DNA of 64,000 nucleotides from Candidatus Omnitrophota bacterium (GCA_024231025.1 JAAEQW010000312.1:3238-67237), one strand, 5' to 3'. Shown: positions 18,767 through 27,384, counted from the first letter of the stretch. The notes: generated by a model from the letters alone, not told the origin. Numbers and translations are program-made.

Positions 18767-21121
18767 TTATAGAGAATCTTCCATACCTGCAATCTCGACC
18801 CTCTTAACTTCGGCATTAAAATCACACCTTAATTTTTTTACTTGAGGGTGTTCTAGGGAATATTTGGTTAAAGGTCTCAACAAGACATCCTGTATTGCCC
18901 GATTTAAAAACCGCCCTCCATACTCTACACTAAACCCCTGAGTGATTATATAATTATAAATATCTTCAGAAATTATAATCTCTTTCCCTTTTTCTTTAAG
19001 TCTACCTATTACTTGGTCTATCTTTTGTTTAGCGATTTTTTTAATTACCTCCTCGGAAAGAAAATTAAAATAAAGTATATCGTCTAAACGATTAAGGAAC
19101 TCGGGAGCAAAAAATTTCTTGATTTCCGGCTCGATCTGTACTTTTATATAAGATTGTATCTTGTCAGGATCAATGTTTTTGATATCACTTTCCTTAAGAT
19201 TCTTTACACCTAAATTAGATGTCATAATTATTGTTGCAAAGCTAAATGAAACAGTTTCCCCCTTGGCATCTGTTAATCTTCCATCATCGAACATCTGCAA
19301 AAACAACCTTAAAACATCGGGGTGTGATTTTTCTACCTCATCAAACAAAATAACAGAATAAGGGTTTGCCTTAACAACATTTGTCAATACACCGCCCTCT
19401 TCGCTACCTTGATAACCAGGTGGAGAACCAATCAATTTTGATGCATTATGCTTTTCCATAAATTCAGACATATCAAACCTAAGCAACTGACTTTCGCTGC
19501 CCAGTAATGACTCAGCCAAAGCCTTAGCTAGTTCTGTCTTTCCTGTACCGGTAGAACCAACTATTAAGAAAACACCATCGGGTCGTTGTGGCTTAATATC
19601 CATCTCGTACTTGGTAAGCTGAATAACATCGACTATCCTTCTAATTGCTTCATCCTGACCGTGCACTTTTTTCTTTAGTTTATCTTCTAAATCTAAAAAT
19701 ATCTTTTCCTGAGAAAAAAGAATCTGATTTACCGGAATCCTCATAACATCAGATACAATCTGAGCTATCACATTAGCATCAACATTTTTTCCATCTACCT
19801 CAGATAACGAAACCCTACTTGCAGCCCTGTCTAAAAGAGATAATGCCTTACCCGGCAAACACCTATCTTTAATATACTTTGACGAGATATCAATAGCCGC
19901 TTCTACCGCGTCATTGTCAATTGGAACCTGGTGATATTCACTATATTTTCCTGCTGCATTTTGTAAAATTTTATGAACCGTAGCTATATTTGGCTCATCT
20001 ATTCGTATAACTTCAAAACCTCTAGCTAAAGATGTATCTTTTTCAACTTGTTTTTGATAATCACTTATAGTAGTTGTCCCAATACAACATAGTTGACCTC
20101 GCAATAAAGCTGGCTTAAAAAGATTGGCTGCGCTTGATACACCTTCACCACCTGCCCCAATCATCTGATGTATATCAGAAAGAAAAAGTATTATATTCTC
20201 ATCATCCTTACATTCTTCTAATATTTTCTGAATCCGTTCTTCAAACTGTCCTCGTAATGTAGTTCCAGCGATTAATCCTCCTAAATTAATTTCGATAATC
20301 TTCTTACTCTTTAAACGTTCGGATGCTTTACCCTTCACTATCCTATCCGCTAAACCATCCACGATGGCAGTTTTACCAACCCCTGGCTGACCTATTAAAA
20401 TTACATTATTTTGCCCTTGCCTCAAAAGAACTTCTTCAACCGCGGTAATCTCCTTCTCTCTTCCTACAATTTCAGTAAACTTACCATCCTCGGCTAACAA
20501 ATTTAGGTTACTGCCGTATTTATCTAAAGTTTTTTCCCTAAAATTAGAAAAAGACTTATATGGTTTCGCTTGTTCACACTTCTGAGCTTCTCGAATAGCT
20601 TCTTTCTCAAAGAAGCTCATCGAACTGTCAATTTTTCTATTTTCCATTATGGCGTCAACATGCTTAATGATACGTGCAAACTCAACAAGACATTCCTGCT
20701 TTATGCCAAAAGTATCCTCAAATAATTTCAACACACCGTTATACTTATCTCGATACTTAAATATCGCTCTTAAAATATGCTCCTCACACACCACTACAGA
20801 ATCGCTATCTTTGGCTTCTTTTTCTACATGTTTGAAAAAGATCTCCTCTTTCTTCCAATTTTCTTCTGTAGGCTCATCTTCCTTTGTGTCGTAAATATAA
20901 CCATGTAGTAAGTTTTTCACGGCGGGTGTACATAAAGAAAAACGCCTAGATAACATAATATAGAAAAGATGTTTTAAATCAGCAAAAGCCAAAAAAGTTA
21001 GTTCATAGTTAACTGGTGGATCAACGTGACTAAAAGCTGGTGATAACTTCCTAGCTTTATTAACAATCGTCTCCGCTCCTTTATTAAACTGCATCTCTGT
21101 ACCCTTAACGAAGAATTTCAT
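18767..21121 (-). CDS. ClpA/ClpC-like double-ring AAA+ ATPase (no M-domain, no obvious ClpP-docking IGF/IGL loop)
   Basis: 784 aa. Clp_N-like repeats, D1 Walker A GQPGVGKTA, D2 Walker A GSTGTGKTE, D2 motifs GYQGSEEGGVLT and ILFDEVEKSHPDV...DDGRLTD. D1-D2 spacing is ClpA-like. Confidence 0.7.
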   Translation of the reverse strand: MKFFVKGTEMQFNKGAETIVNKARKLSPAFSHVDPPVNYELTFLAFADLKHLFYIMLSRRFSLCTPAVKNLLHGYIYDTKEDEPTEENWKKEEIFFKHVEKEAKDSDSVVVCEEHILRAIFKYRDKYNGVLKLFEDTFGIKQECLVEFARIIKHVDAIMENRKIDSSMSFFEKEAIREAQKCEQAKPYKSFSNFREKTLDKYGSNLNLLAEDGKFTEIVGREKEITAVEEVLLRQGQNNVILIGQPGVGKTAIVDGLADRIVKGKASERLKSKKIIEINLGGLIAGTTLRGQFEERIQKILEECKDDENIILFLSDIHQMIGAGGEGVSSAANLFKPALLRGQLCCIGTTTISDYQKQVEKDTSLARGFEVIRIDEPNIATVHKILQNAAGKYSEYHQVPIDNDAVEAAIDISSKYIKDRCLPGKALSLLDRAASRVSLSEVDGKNVDANVIAQIVSDVMRIPVNQILFSQEKIFLDLEDKLKKKVHGQDEAIRRIVDVIQLTKYEMDIKPQRPDGVFLIVGSTGTGKTELAKALAESLLGSESQLLRFDMSEFMEKHNASKLIGSPPGYQGSEEGGVLTNVVKANPYSVILFDEVEKSHPDVLRLFLQMFDDGRLTDAKGETVSFSFATIIMTSNLGVKNLKESDIKNIDPDKIQSYIKVQIEPEIKKFFAPEFLNRLDDILYFNFLSEEVIKKIAKQKIDQVIGRLKEKGKEIIISEDIYNYIITQGFSVEYGGRFLNRAIQDVLLRPLTKYSLEHPQVKKLRCDFNAEVKRVEIAGMEDSL

Positions 21122-21169
21122 TCTACCTCACTTTCAAGATATCTTTTCATAAATGGAAAAACACGCATT

Positions 21170-21880
21170 TTAATCCTTTAGTAATTCTTGAGGTACAAAT
21201 TCTTCGATTAATTCTTTCTGAGAAACTGCAGGAGTTGTATATGCTCCGCCTAAATCATAAAGTAAGTTTTCTGCTTCATCATGCTTAAATTCTCTAGCCA
21301 AAGTAACTGCGGTGGCATTATTTTTATCTTTAAAATGTAATTTTGCTCCTTCAGAAAATAGCAATTTAATAACGTCCGTAAAACCTAGACATGCTGCTTC
21401 CATGATAGCAGTTCTCCCGTATTTATTTTGTTTGTTAATATCAACCCCCGCAAAAACAATTAACTTAATGATTTCCAAATTATTCTTATAAACAGCCCAA
21501 ATCAAAGGAGTTTTATCATTATTATCTTCTATACCCAAAATAGCACTATTTTTTATCAACAATTTAACCATATCTTCATGTTCCATCATTACAGCAATCG
21601 CAATTGCTGTTCTCCCATCCTCATTCTTAGCATCAACTTTAGCTCCTCTGGAAATCAATAATTCTGCTATCTCAACATTCCCTTCAGCAGCAGCAAACAT
21701 AAGTGGTGTATCATCGTATTTAAATCTTTTGTTTACATCAAACCCACCATCAACTAATTCTTCTATTTTTGAAACTTTCTTAAGCTTAATGCACTTTATA
21801 AATTCACTATCTATAGATTGAGCCAATACATTAAAGAGTATTCCAAAAGAGATTAATGATAGTATAAATAATTTTAGCAT
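21170..21880 (-). CDS. secreted ankyrin-repeat protein
   Basis: 236 aa, signal peptide MLKLFILSLISFGILFNVLAQS, then about five ANK repeats (TPLMFAAAEGNVEIAELLISRGAKVDAKNEDGRTA...). Confidence 0.75.
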   Translation of the reverse strand: MLKLFILSLISFGILFNVLAQSIDSEFIKCIKLKKVSKIEELVDGGFDVNKRFKYDDTPLMFAAAEGNVEIAELLISRGAKVDAKNEDGRTAIAIAVMMEHEDMVKLLIKNSAILGIEDNNDKTPLIWAVYKNNLEIIKLIVFAGVDINKQNKYGRTAIMEAACLGFTDVIKLLFSEGAKLHFKDKNNATAVTLAREFKHDEAENLLYDLGGAYTTPAVSQKELIEEFVPQELLKD

Positions 21881-21929
21881 AAGTCTCCTTATTAAACCTT
21901 ATGTATTATATCCTCATTACCAACCTATT

Positions 21930-23234
21930 TTACCTTCTTTTTTCTGCCTTGTCTAATATAGCTAATACTTCCTTGGCTAGATCCGAAGAAGGATTTATTT
22001 CTAAAGCCTTATAGATGTCATCTTTGGCTTTATTATAGTCCTTGAGATGAGAATACGCCAATGCACGATCAATTAAAGCAACGAATTTAATTTGAAATGA
22101 TCCCAACTTGATAGCTTTTGTGGCATTTTGGACACTTTGCTCAAAATCATTATCCTCATAATTAACCTGTGCTTTAAATGAATACGGTTCAGAATATCTG
22201 GGTTCAATAGAAATAGCTTCATCCAAATCTTCATACGCATCAGCAATATTTCCTTGCTCTGAAAAAACCTTAGCACGATTTAAACAATACAGGGGATTTC
22301 CTGGATCATATTTTTTTGCCTGACTATATAAAATGAGAGCCTTACTATAATCTCCATTAGCAAAAGCAACAAGCCCTTGAGCATTAAACTTCTCAGCTAA
22401 TATGGCATTTCGATCCCCATTTAAAACCCTCAAAAGTAAACCTTCTTTTTTACTCTTTAAAAAATAATGTTCACCTATGCCAAAGCTACGCCCACCTAAT
22501 TGAACAAAATCTCCTTTTCTAATATCAAACCAGTAATAATTCCTATCATTTAATTTAATCAATCCAAATGAATGTGGGCCTAAACTGTTTTCATCCCACT
22601 CCTTGATACCTTCTCCAATTAGTTGCGCTAAAATAAATTCCAACTTTAGAGCCCGCATAAAAATCCATCCTAATTGTGTAAATCCAACACAATTTATTCT
22701 TCTAGTATCAAAAACTTCACGTAAATCGTAAACACCTATATCATAATCAAAGAGTGATAGAAGTTTATCTTGTATGGACTGTGCAATTTCTATCTCCAAA
22801 TCAACAAGATATTTTTTGTTAGATTCCCCCTCTAATGCTTTCCGTAAATGTTTGAGTTTATCATATTTTTTAATCAAATTTAAAGATCTCGCCATATCTA
22901 TAATCTTATCGCTAACTTCAACATCATATCCTAACTCATCAACATATTTTTTAATTGAACTAACGATATGCTCTTCCGACGAAGAAATAAAAGACTGAAC
23001 TACTATATGTTTTCCATCAATGCTCTCAATATCGTCTAAATAATAAGTTAGAGGCAAACCTTCAATATCAATCTTTATACTCTCATTATTTCGCTCAACA
23101 ATTTCCCCTTCTACAACCTGACCGCTTTTAAGCTTGATGGTTTCAGGATAAGCAAGATAACTTGGCAAAATTAACAACAACAAAATATAAACTATTTTTC
23201 TCATTTTCTTCTCTAATAAAATCTGACTACTCAT
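21930..23234 (-). CDS. secreted TPR-repeat protein with conserved N-terminal domain (paralog of 17081..18727)
   Basis: 434 aa, signal peptide. N-domain IKLKSGQVVEGEIVERNNESIKIDIEGLPLTYYLDDIESIDGK, C-terminal TPR repeats. Confidence 0.65.
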   Translation of the reverse strand: MSSQILLEKKMRKIVYILLLLILPSYLAYPETIKLKSGQVVEGEIVERNNESIKIDIEGLPLTYYLDDIESIDGKHIVVQSFISSSEEHIVSSIKKYVDELGYDVEVSDKIIDMARSLNLIKKYDKLKHLRKALEGESNKKYLVDLEIEIAQSIQDKLLSLFDYDIGVYDLREVFDTRRINCVGFTQLGWIFMRALKLEFILAQLIGEGIKEWDENSLGPHSFGLIKLNDRNYYWFDIRKGDFVQLGGRSFGIGEHYFLKSKKEGLLLRVLNGDRNAILAEKFNAQGLVAFANGDYSKALILYSQAKKYDPGNPLYCLNRAKVFSEQGNIADAYEDLDEAISIEPRYSEPYSFKAQVNYEDNDFEQSVQNATKAIKLGSFQIKFVALIDRALAYSHLKDYNKAKDDIYKALEINPSSDLAKEVLAILDKAEKRR

Positions 23235-23284
23235 TAAATATATATCTATTTATTAGTCACAACAATAGAATTACCACCTAGCAG

Positions 23285-23452
23285 CTATTCCCTCCAATCC
23301 TCAATAATCAACCTTTTCCCTACCTTTTTCACAACTACCTTTTGCTTCAACCTCCACCCCAACTCTTCAATATAATCAGTAGGTATGGTTACATAATATG
23401 TGTATCTTCCTGTTTTTGTGATTTTTCGAATTTGTTTCTTTTTGTTTGGCAT
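23285..23452 (-). CDS. AbrB/MazE/SpoVT-family swapped-hairpin DNA-binding protein (55 aa)
   Basis: Unlisted ORF MPNKKKQIRKITKTGRYTYYVTIPTDYIEELGWRLKQKVVVKKVGKRLIIEDWRE, fitting the G..x..V.IP....ELG...GD.V pattern. SD GGGAGG 5-6 nt upstream of ATG. Confidence 0.6.
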   Translation of the reverse strand: MPNKKKQIRKITKTGRYTYYVTIPTDYIEELGWRLKQKVVVKKVGKRLIIEDWRE

Positions 23453-23535
23453 CTTTACCTCCCATAGTACGTTGTATAGTACGTAGTGTTTTCATTGATA
23501 CGTATTATACTACGTATTGCTAATTTCGGCAAGAT
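23453..23535 (-). promoter_or_regulatory. sigma70-like promoter overlapped by TACGTA-type operator repeats upstream of the AbrB-like gene
   Basis: Minus strand: -35 TTGCCG (23527-23532), 17-nt spacer, -10 TATAAT (23504-23509) embedded in TACGTAgTATAATACGTA. The leader carries ACGTACTAT x2. At least four TACGTA/ACGTAC sites lie within 60 bp. Confidence 0.5.
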
Positions 23536-23779
23536 TTTCCTCCAAAAGTCGCTGATTTAAGAATTCTCCGCTCTTTAATGCCTCCTGCGGATCTTCTTCG
23601 CCTTTTACCACTTAGCAGCGCATTAAGATAACTGAAGAAGCGCCTAGCGACTGGGGGTAATGAGCCAAACGGCAGTGAAGGCAAACAGTGTCACCTATCC
23701 CCGCCCAAGCGGGGCGGTACAGGTTATATTATAAGCAGTGGAAGGATATGTTTGAGCGCTCTGTATAATTCTAACCAAA

Positions 23780-23880
23780 GGTCAGCCGAGAGTAAAGAAT
23801 TTGATCCTTCGACTTCGCTCATGACTTCCTTCGGTCGCCCTAAGTGGCTTGTTTGAATTTTGTTTTTTGTTTTCCGGCAT
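23780..23880 (-). pseudogene. duplicated fragment of the mtaB 5' end (start codon + 32 codons), repeat copy B
   Basis: Minus-strand translation MPENKKQNSNKPLRATEGSHERSRRIKFFTLG* parallels MtaB MSKESEQNSNKPIKACPSKPEGCRRIKFYTLGC. DNA shares GGTCAGCCGAGAGTA.AGAATTTGATCC and GGCTTGTTTGAATTTTGTT with 16549-16630. Confidence 0.8.
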
Positions 23881-23972
23881 TTTTCGAATTTACCCCCTTA
23901 GAAAAACATCGAGCGAATACCCCTCACGCACTTGGTCTTCAGCAGATATGCGGATATAGATTGCGATTTTCA

Positions 23973-24422
23973 TCAAAATAAATCTCTCTCGGGATTTTTT
24001 TCTTTAACTAAACTAACTATTTTCTTAATCAAACTGTCAGCTGTTTCTAAACATGCTTCTGCTTCGCTATGAGTAACGTGATTTTTTGATTCATATATAA
24101 AATCGTGCCTTCTCCTTCTCAGTCTATTAAATTTGCTAACCAAGGTATCGTATTCATGGCCCAATAATAATTTCGTAACCTCAATAATCGTCTTATGCGA
24201 TCTTTTTGTTGTCGGCAGATAACCTCTCGAATACATAAGTGCCCGACCAGCTCTAATCATAGCATGATAGGCAATCGCCAATGACCAAGTTAAGTCAATC
24301 TTAAGATTAGCGTCCGCTGTTTTCAAGTCTTTTAATGATCTTTGCAGCTGCTTATTGACCTGTTTAAAGTCGGGCGTTTGCTTCTTTATAAGCTTATCTC
24401 TTAGAAATTTTTCGTAATTCAC
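23973..24422 (-). CDS. hepT: HEPN-domain toxin (HepT-like)
   Basis: 149 aa, Rx4-6H motif in RLRRRRHDFIY. Overlaps and sits downstream of an MNT gene, the canonical mntA-hepT arrangement. Confidence 0.8.
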   Translation of the reverse strand: MNYEKFLRDKLIKKQTPDFKQVNKQLQRSLKDLKTADANLKIDLTWSLAIAYHAMIRAGRALMYSRGYLPTTKRSHKTIIEVTKLLLGHEYDTLVSKFNRLRRRRHDFIYESKNHVTHSEAEACLETADSLIKKIVSLVKEKNPERDLF

Positions 24423-24972
24423 CTTTATCTCCTATAAGCATTATCTTCTTCTCTTTTAGAATACCTAAAATAAATGGCTCCTCTTCCTTAATCTCTTGAG
24501 CAAACTCTTTCAATTTATAAAACTTATAATTTATCTCCCTTTGCAGTTTCTCTTCTAATTTATCTAACTTTTTGATTAGCTGACTCTCGTCTGGATTACC
24601 AATAATCATAAGATCTATATCGGAAAGGTAGTTCTCTTTACCTTTAGCGTAAGAACCATAAATAAAAGCAACCTTTATGCCCTTAAGCTCTTCTAGTTTT
24701 GCCCTCAGGCTCGCCTCCACGCCGACAGTTTTAAAAGTAATGCTCTTTAGCTCCTTATAAAGAGGGTAACTCTTATTCACCTTAAAATACCTAGCGTTTG
24801 CTTTATGTTCGCTGTTTAAAACACCTTCGCATACTAAATTATTAATGGTCCGTTGAAATACACCCGGCTTTTTGCCTAAAATCCTACCTACCTCCTGCAT
24901 ATAAAAAGATTTCTCAGGATTAGTAAAAAATAACCTTAGTAATTCTGCCCTATTTTTTGTCAGTGGTTTCAT
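24394..24972 (-). CDS. mntA: minimal nucleotidyltransferase antitoxin (MntA-like) with N-terminal wHTH
   Basis: 192 aa, nucleotidyltransferase motif VAFIYGSYAKGKENYLSDIDLMIIG (GS..x..DxD), N-terminal winged-helix region, 29-nt overlap with the HEPN gene. Confidence 0.8.
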   Translation of the reverse strand: MKPLTKNRAELLRLFFTNPEKSFYMQEVGRILGKKPGVFQRTINNLVCEGVLNSEHKANARYFKVNKSYPLYKELKSITFKTVGVEASLRAKLEELKGIKVAFIYGSYAKGKENYLSDIDLMIIGNPDESQLIKKLDKLEEKLQREINYKFYKLKEFAQEIKEEEPFILGILKEKKIMLIGDKGELRKISKR

Positions 24973-25121
24973 GAATACCCCCTCTCATATCTATTACGCA
25001 TATAATTGTATGCAATTTGCATATGCCTGTCAAGATAATTCTTCCTTTCAAATGGTATACCACAAATGCATTTTTGTAGCTATGGGTAACAATTAATTAT
25101 GCTGCATTAGGGTTAAAAAAA

Positions 25122-25186
25122 GGGTCAGCCGAGAGTATAGAATTTGACCCTCCTACGCACTGTTGGCTTCGAAGGACAGGCTTTAA
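25122..25186 (-). pseudogene. duplicated fragment of the mtaB 5' end, repeat copy C
   Basis: Minus-strand translation IKACPSKPTVRRRVKFYTLG* matches MtaB residues PIKACPSKPEGCRRIKFYTLGC. DNA shares GGGTCAGCCGAGAGTATAGAATTTGA.CCTCCTAC and CTTCGAAGGACAGGCTTTAAT with 16549-16612. Abuts the rsmE stop codon. Confidence 0.8.
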
Positions 25187-25894
25187 TCATCTTAATAAAT
25201 CCTTAATTAATCCGACACAAAATATTGCCGCTGTCTCAACTCTTAGAACATTATCTGAAACATTAACAGCCGCGAAGTCATTTTTCGTAAACGCATCTTT
25301 TTCATCAATTGAAAAACCACCCTCCGGACCAACAGCAACAAAAAAGGTTTTAGCATCGCTCCTGACTGCCTTCTTCAGCACTACACCATCTAAATCAGCA
25401 TAAATCTTTGCATCAGAATCAATATTAATTAAATCATCGAATTTAAAAACATTATCTAGCTTAGGAATCCAAAGACGTCCTGATTGCCGAGAAGCATCAA
25501 TAATAATTGAACGCCAGCGATCAAGTTTTTTTGATGAAATTTTAGCGCTCGCTGTCCGTTGACAAATAAACGGTATAAGCCGGTTCACACCAAGCTCAGT
25601 TGCTTTTTGCAAAATAAAATCTATTTTACCTTCTCTGATCAATGGAAATCCCAAAGTAATTTCAATTAAATTCTGGTCTTCGTTTCTTAGAGAGATCTCT
25701 TTTTTTAAAGTTATTGTTGATTTAGCAACAGATTCTATTCGACACCCATACTCTTTTCCCTGTCCATCAAAAACAAGTAACTCATCGTCAACTTTAAGAC
25801 GCAAAACATGCCTTATCTTATGCACTATTTTACCATCGTCAACTTTTATAGAGTTAGCAATTTTCTCCGGCTTAATGTAAATTCTTTCTTTCAT
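25187..25894 (-). CDS. rsmE: 16S rRNA (uracil1498-N3)-methyltransferase
   Basis: 235 aa, RsmE PUA-like N domain and SPOUT C domain (LIREGKIDFILQKATELGVNRLIPF). Confidence 0.85.
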   Translation of the reverse strand: MKERIYIKPEKIANSIKVDDGKIVHKIRHVLRLKVDDELLVFDGQGKEYGCRIESVAKSTITLKKEISLRNEDQNLIEITLGFPLIREGKIDFILQKATELGVNRLIPFICQRTASAKISSKKLDRWRSIIIDASRQSGRLWIPKLDNVFKFDDLINIDSDAKIYADLDGVVLKKAVRSDAKTFFVAVGPEGGFSIDEKDAFTKNDFAAVNVSDNVLRVETAAIFCVGLIKDLLR

Positions 25895-25899
25895 TGTAA

Positions 25900-27351
25900 T
25901 TATTCAGAGTCATTTTCGCCAAAAACAATCGCAGAAAATTTGTAAAGGTCCGCATCGCTACTCTTATAAGCGGTAGGAGGCAATCCAGCCTTCTGGCAAG
26001 TGTGTTCTAGGAATGCTTCTCTTTCCCAACCCCATTCAATGGGCACCTGAGGAAGAAGTAAGCCAGAAGAAAACCCCTTGCGGATCATCAACCCGTGCTT
26101 ACCGACTTTTATTTCTTCGATGTCTTTCACTTTAGTAAAAGGGGTTAGCACTGATATTTCAATCTCAATATCCTCTAACTCCTCGAAAGTTACTCTGGGA
26201 AACCGCGAATCATTAAGTGCAGCGTCTATTGCCTGCTTTGAGATTACCTCATAAAGCGGAATGTCAGCCACAATTCGCCCAATACACCCCCGCAATTGTC
26301 CGTCTTTATTGAGAGTAACAAATGCGCCTCGCTTCTGGGTAATATTACCGGTAATTGACTCAAATTTCGGTATTTTTTTACCCCTCAAATGCGCTTGCAG
26401 TGTTGTGCGGGCGATATTAATTAAAATTTGCTTTTCGTTATCGGATAAACTATACTCGTCCATATTATCCTCCATTTTAGCACATGCTAATGCGCTAAGA
26501 TAACCAACGACCTTATTTTTTTCACTGCTAACATCCCCTGAATTTGCGTATTTTAAAATTTTGATTTCTCCCCCTTTAGCATTCACATAGCGAAGAAGAG
26601 TAACAATCGGCACTAAGCCACAAGCTCTTCCTCCGGCATATGATCGCTGACGCCAAAGAGTCTGAGCATCTTGTGCACCAATTAATTCTATCGTATCTAC
26701 ATCGATTTTTTTTGCATCATTGTATTTATGAAAATGCGAAAGATCACTTGATGCGATGATAGCTATTTTTTTTTCTTTCGAAAGCTTCACCAGCGCAGAA
26801 ACAAGCTCACCCATTTGATCGTAGGTAATGTCACCAAAAACTATTGGAACAATTTTTATCGGACCAAAAGTTTTAAACAAAAACGGAAGCTGAACCTCTA
26901 ATGAGTGCTCACCAGAAAAGTATTTCTCCTCCAAAGAAACACACTCCAGCAAAGAAAGTTTTTTTGCGATATCACCATCAACAGGCAAATTTCCTAATGG
27001 AGTTTGGAAGGACCCTGATGGATAAATGCTCACTCCGCTAAATAAATATTTATGGCTGGGACCTAAGAGAACAATAACATCAAAATCTTCATTTTTAAGC
27101 GCTTTAAAACCGTACCCCGCAACTGATCCAGAAAAAATATAACCAGCATGAGGTGAAATTATACCAAGAATTTCACCGCTAACAGGCGCTTTGGGCGCCG
27201 CCTCTAAAAACGAAGAAACTGTTTGATCTAGCTCTTTCGAATCTCGCGGATAAAATGATCCTGCTACATCGGCTTTTTTCACCTTTTGACAGAGGCCTGT
27301 CGAGGAAAAAACAACAGATGCACTTAACAATAAAAATAATACTTTACGCAT
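25900..27351 (-). CDS. Memo-family (AmmeMemoRadiSam system protein B-like) fused to AMMECR1 domain, with N-terminal signal-peptide-like segment
   Basis: 483 aa. Memo motif GSFYP...ISPHAGYIFSGSVAGYGF. C-terminal AMMECR1 motif GAFVTLNKDGQLRGCIGRI. N-terminus MRKVLFLLLSASVVFSSTGLC. Confidence 0.75.
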   Translation of the reverse strand: MRKVLFLLLSASVVFSSTGLCQKVKKADVAGSFYPRDSKELDQTVSSFLEAAPKAPVSGEILGIISPHAGYIFSGSVAGYGFKALKNEDFDVIVLLGPSHKYLFSGVSIYPSGSFQTPLGNLPVDGDIAKKLSLLECVSLEEKYFSGEHSLEVQLPFLFKTFGPIKIVPIVFGDITYDQMGELVSALVKLSKEKKIAIIASSDLSHFHKYNDAKKIDVDTIELIGAQDAQTLWRQRSYAGGRACGLVPIVTLLRYVNAKGGEIKILKYANSGDVSSEKNKVVGYLSALACAKMEDNMDEYSLSDNEKQILINIARTTLQAHLRGKKIPKFESITGNITQKRGAFVTLNKDGQLRGCIGRIVADIPLYEVISKQAIDAALNDSRFPRVTFEELEDIEIEISVLTPFTKVKDIEEIKVGKHGLMIRKGFSSGLLLPQVPIEWGWEREAFLEHTCQKAGLPPTAYKSSDADLYKFSAIVFGENDSE

Positions 27352-27384
27352 TGCGACACCTTCCTGCGTTAGTAAAGCTGGCGT

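Noticed and set aside
23536-23779. Possible gene or sRNA in the 240-bp gap between the AbrB promoter and repeat copy B (contains the CCCCGCCCAAGCGGGGCGG hairpin)
   Set aside because: Only very short ORFs (17 aa or less); the hairpin lacks a flanking U-tract on either strand; insufficient evidence to call a feature.
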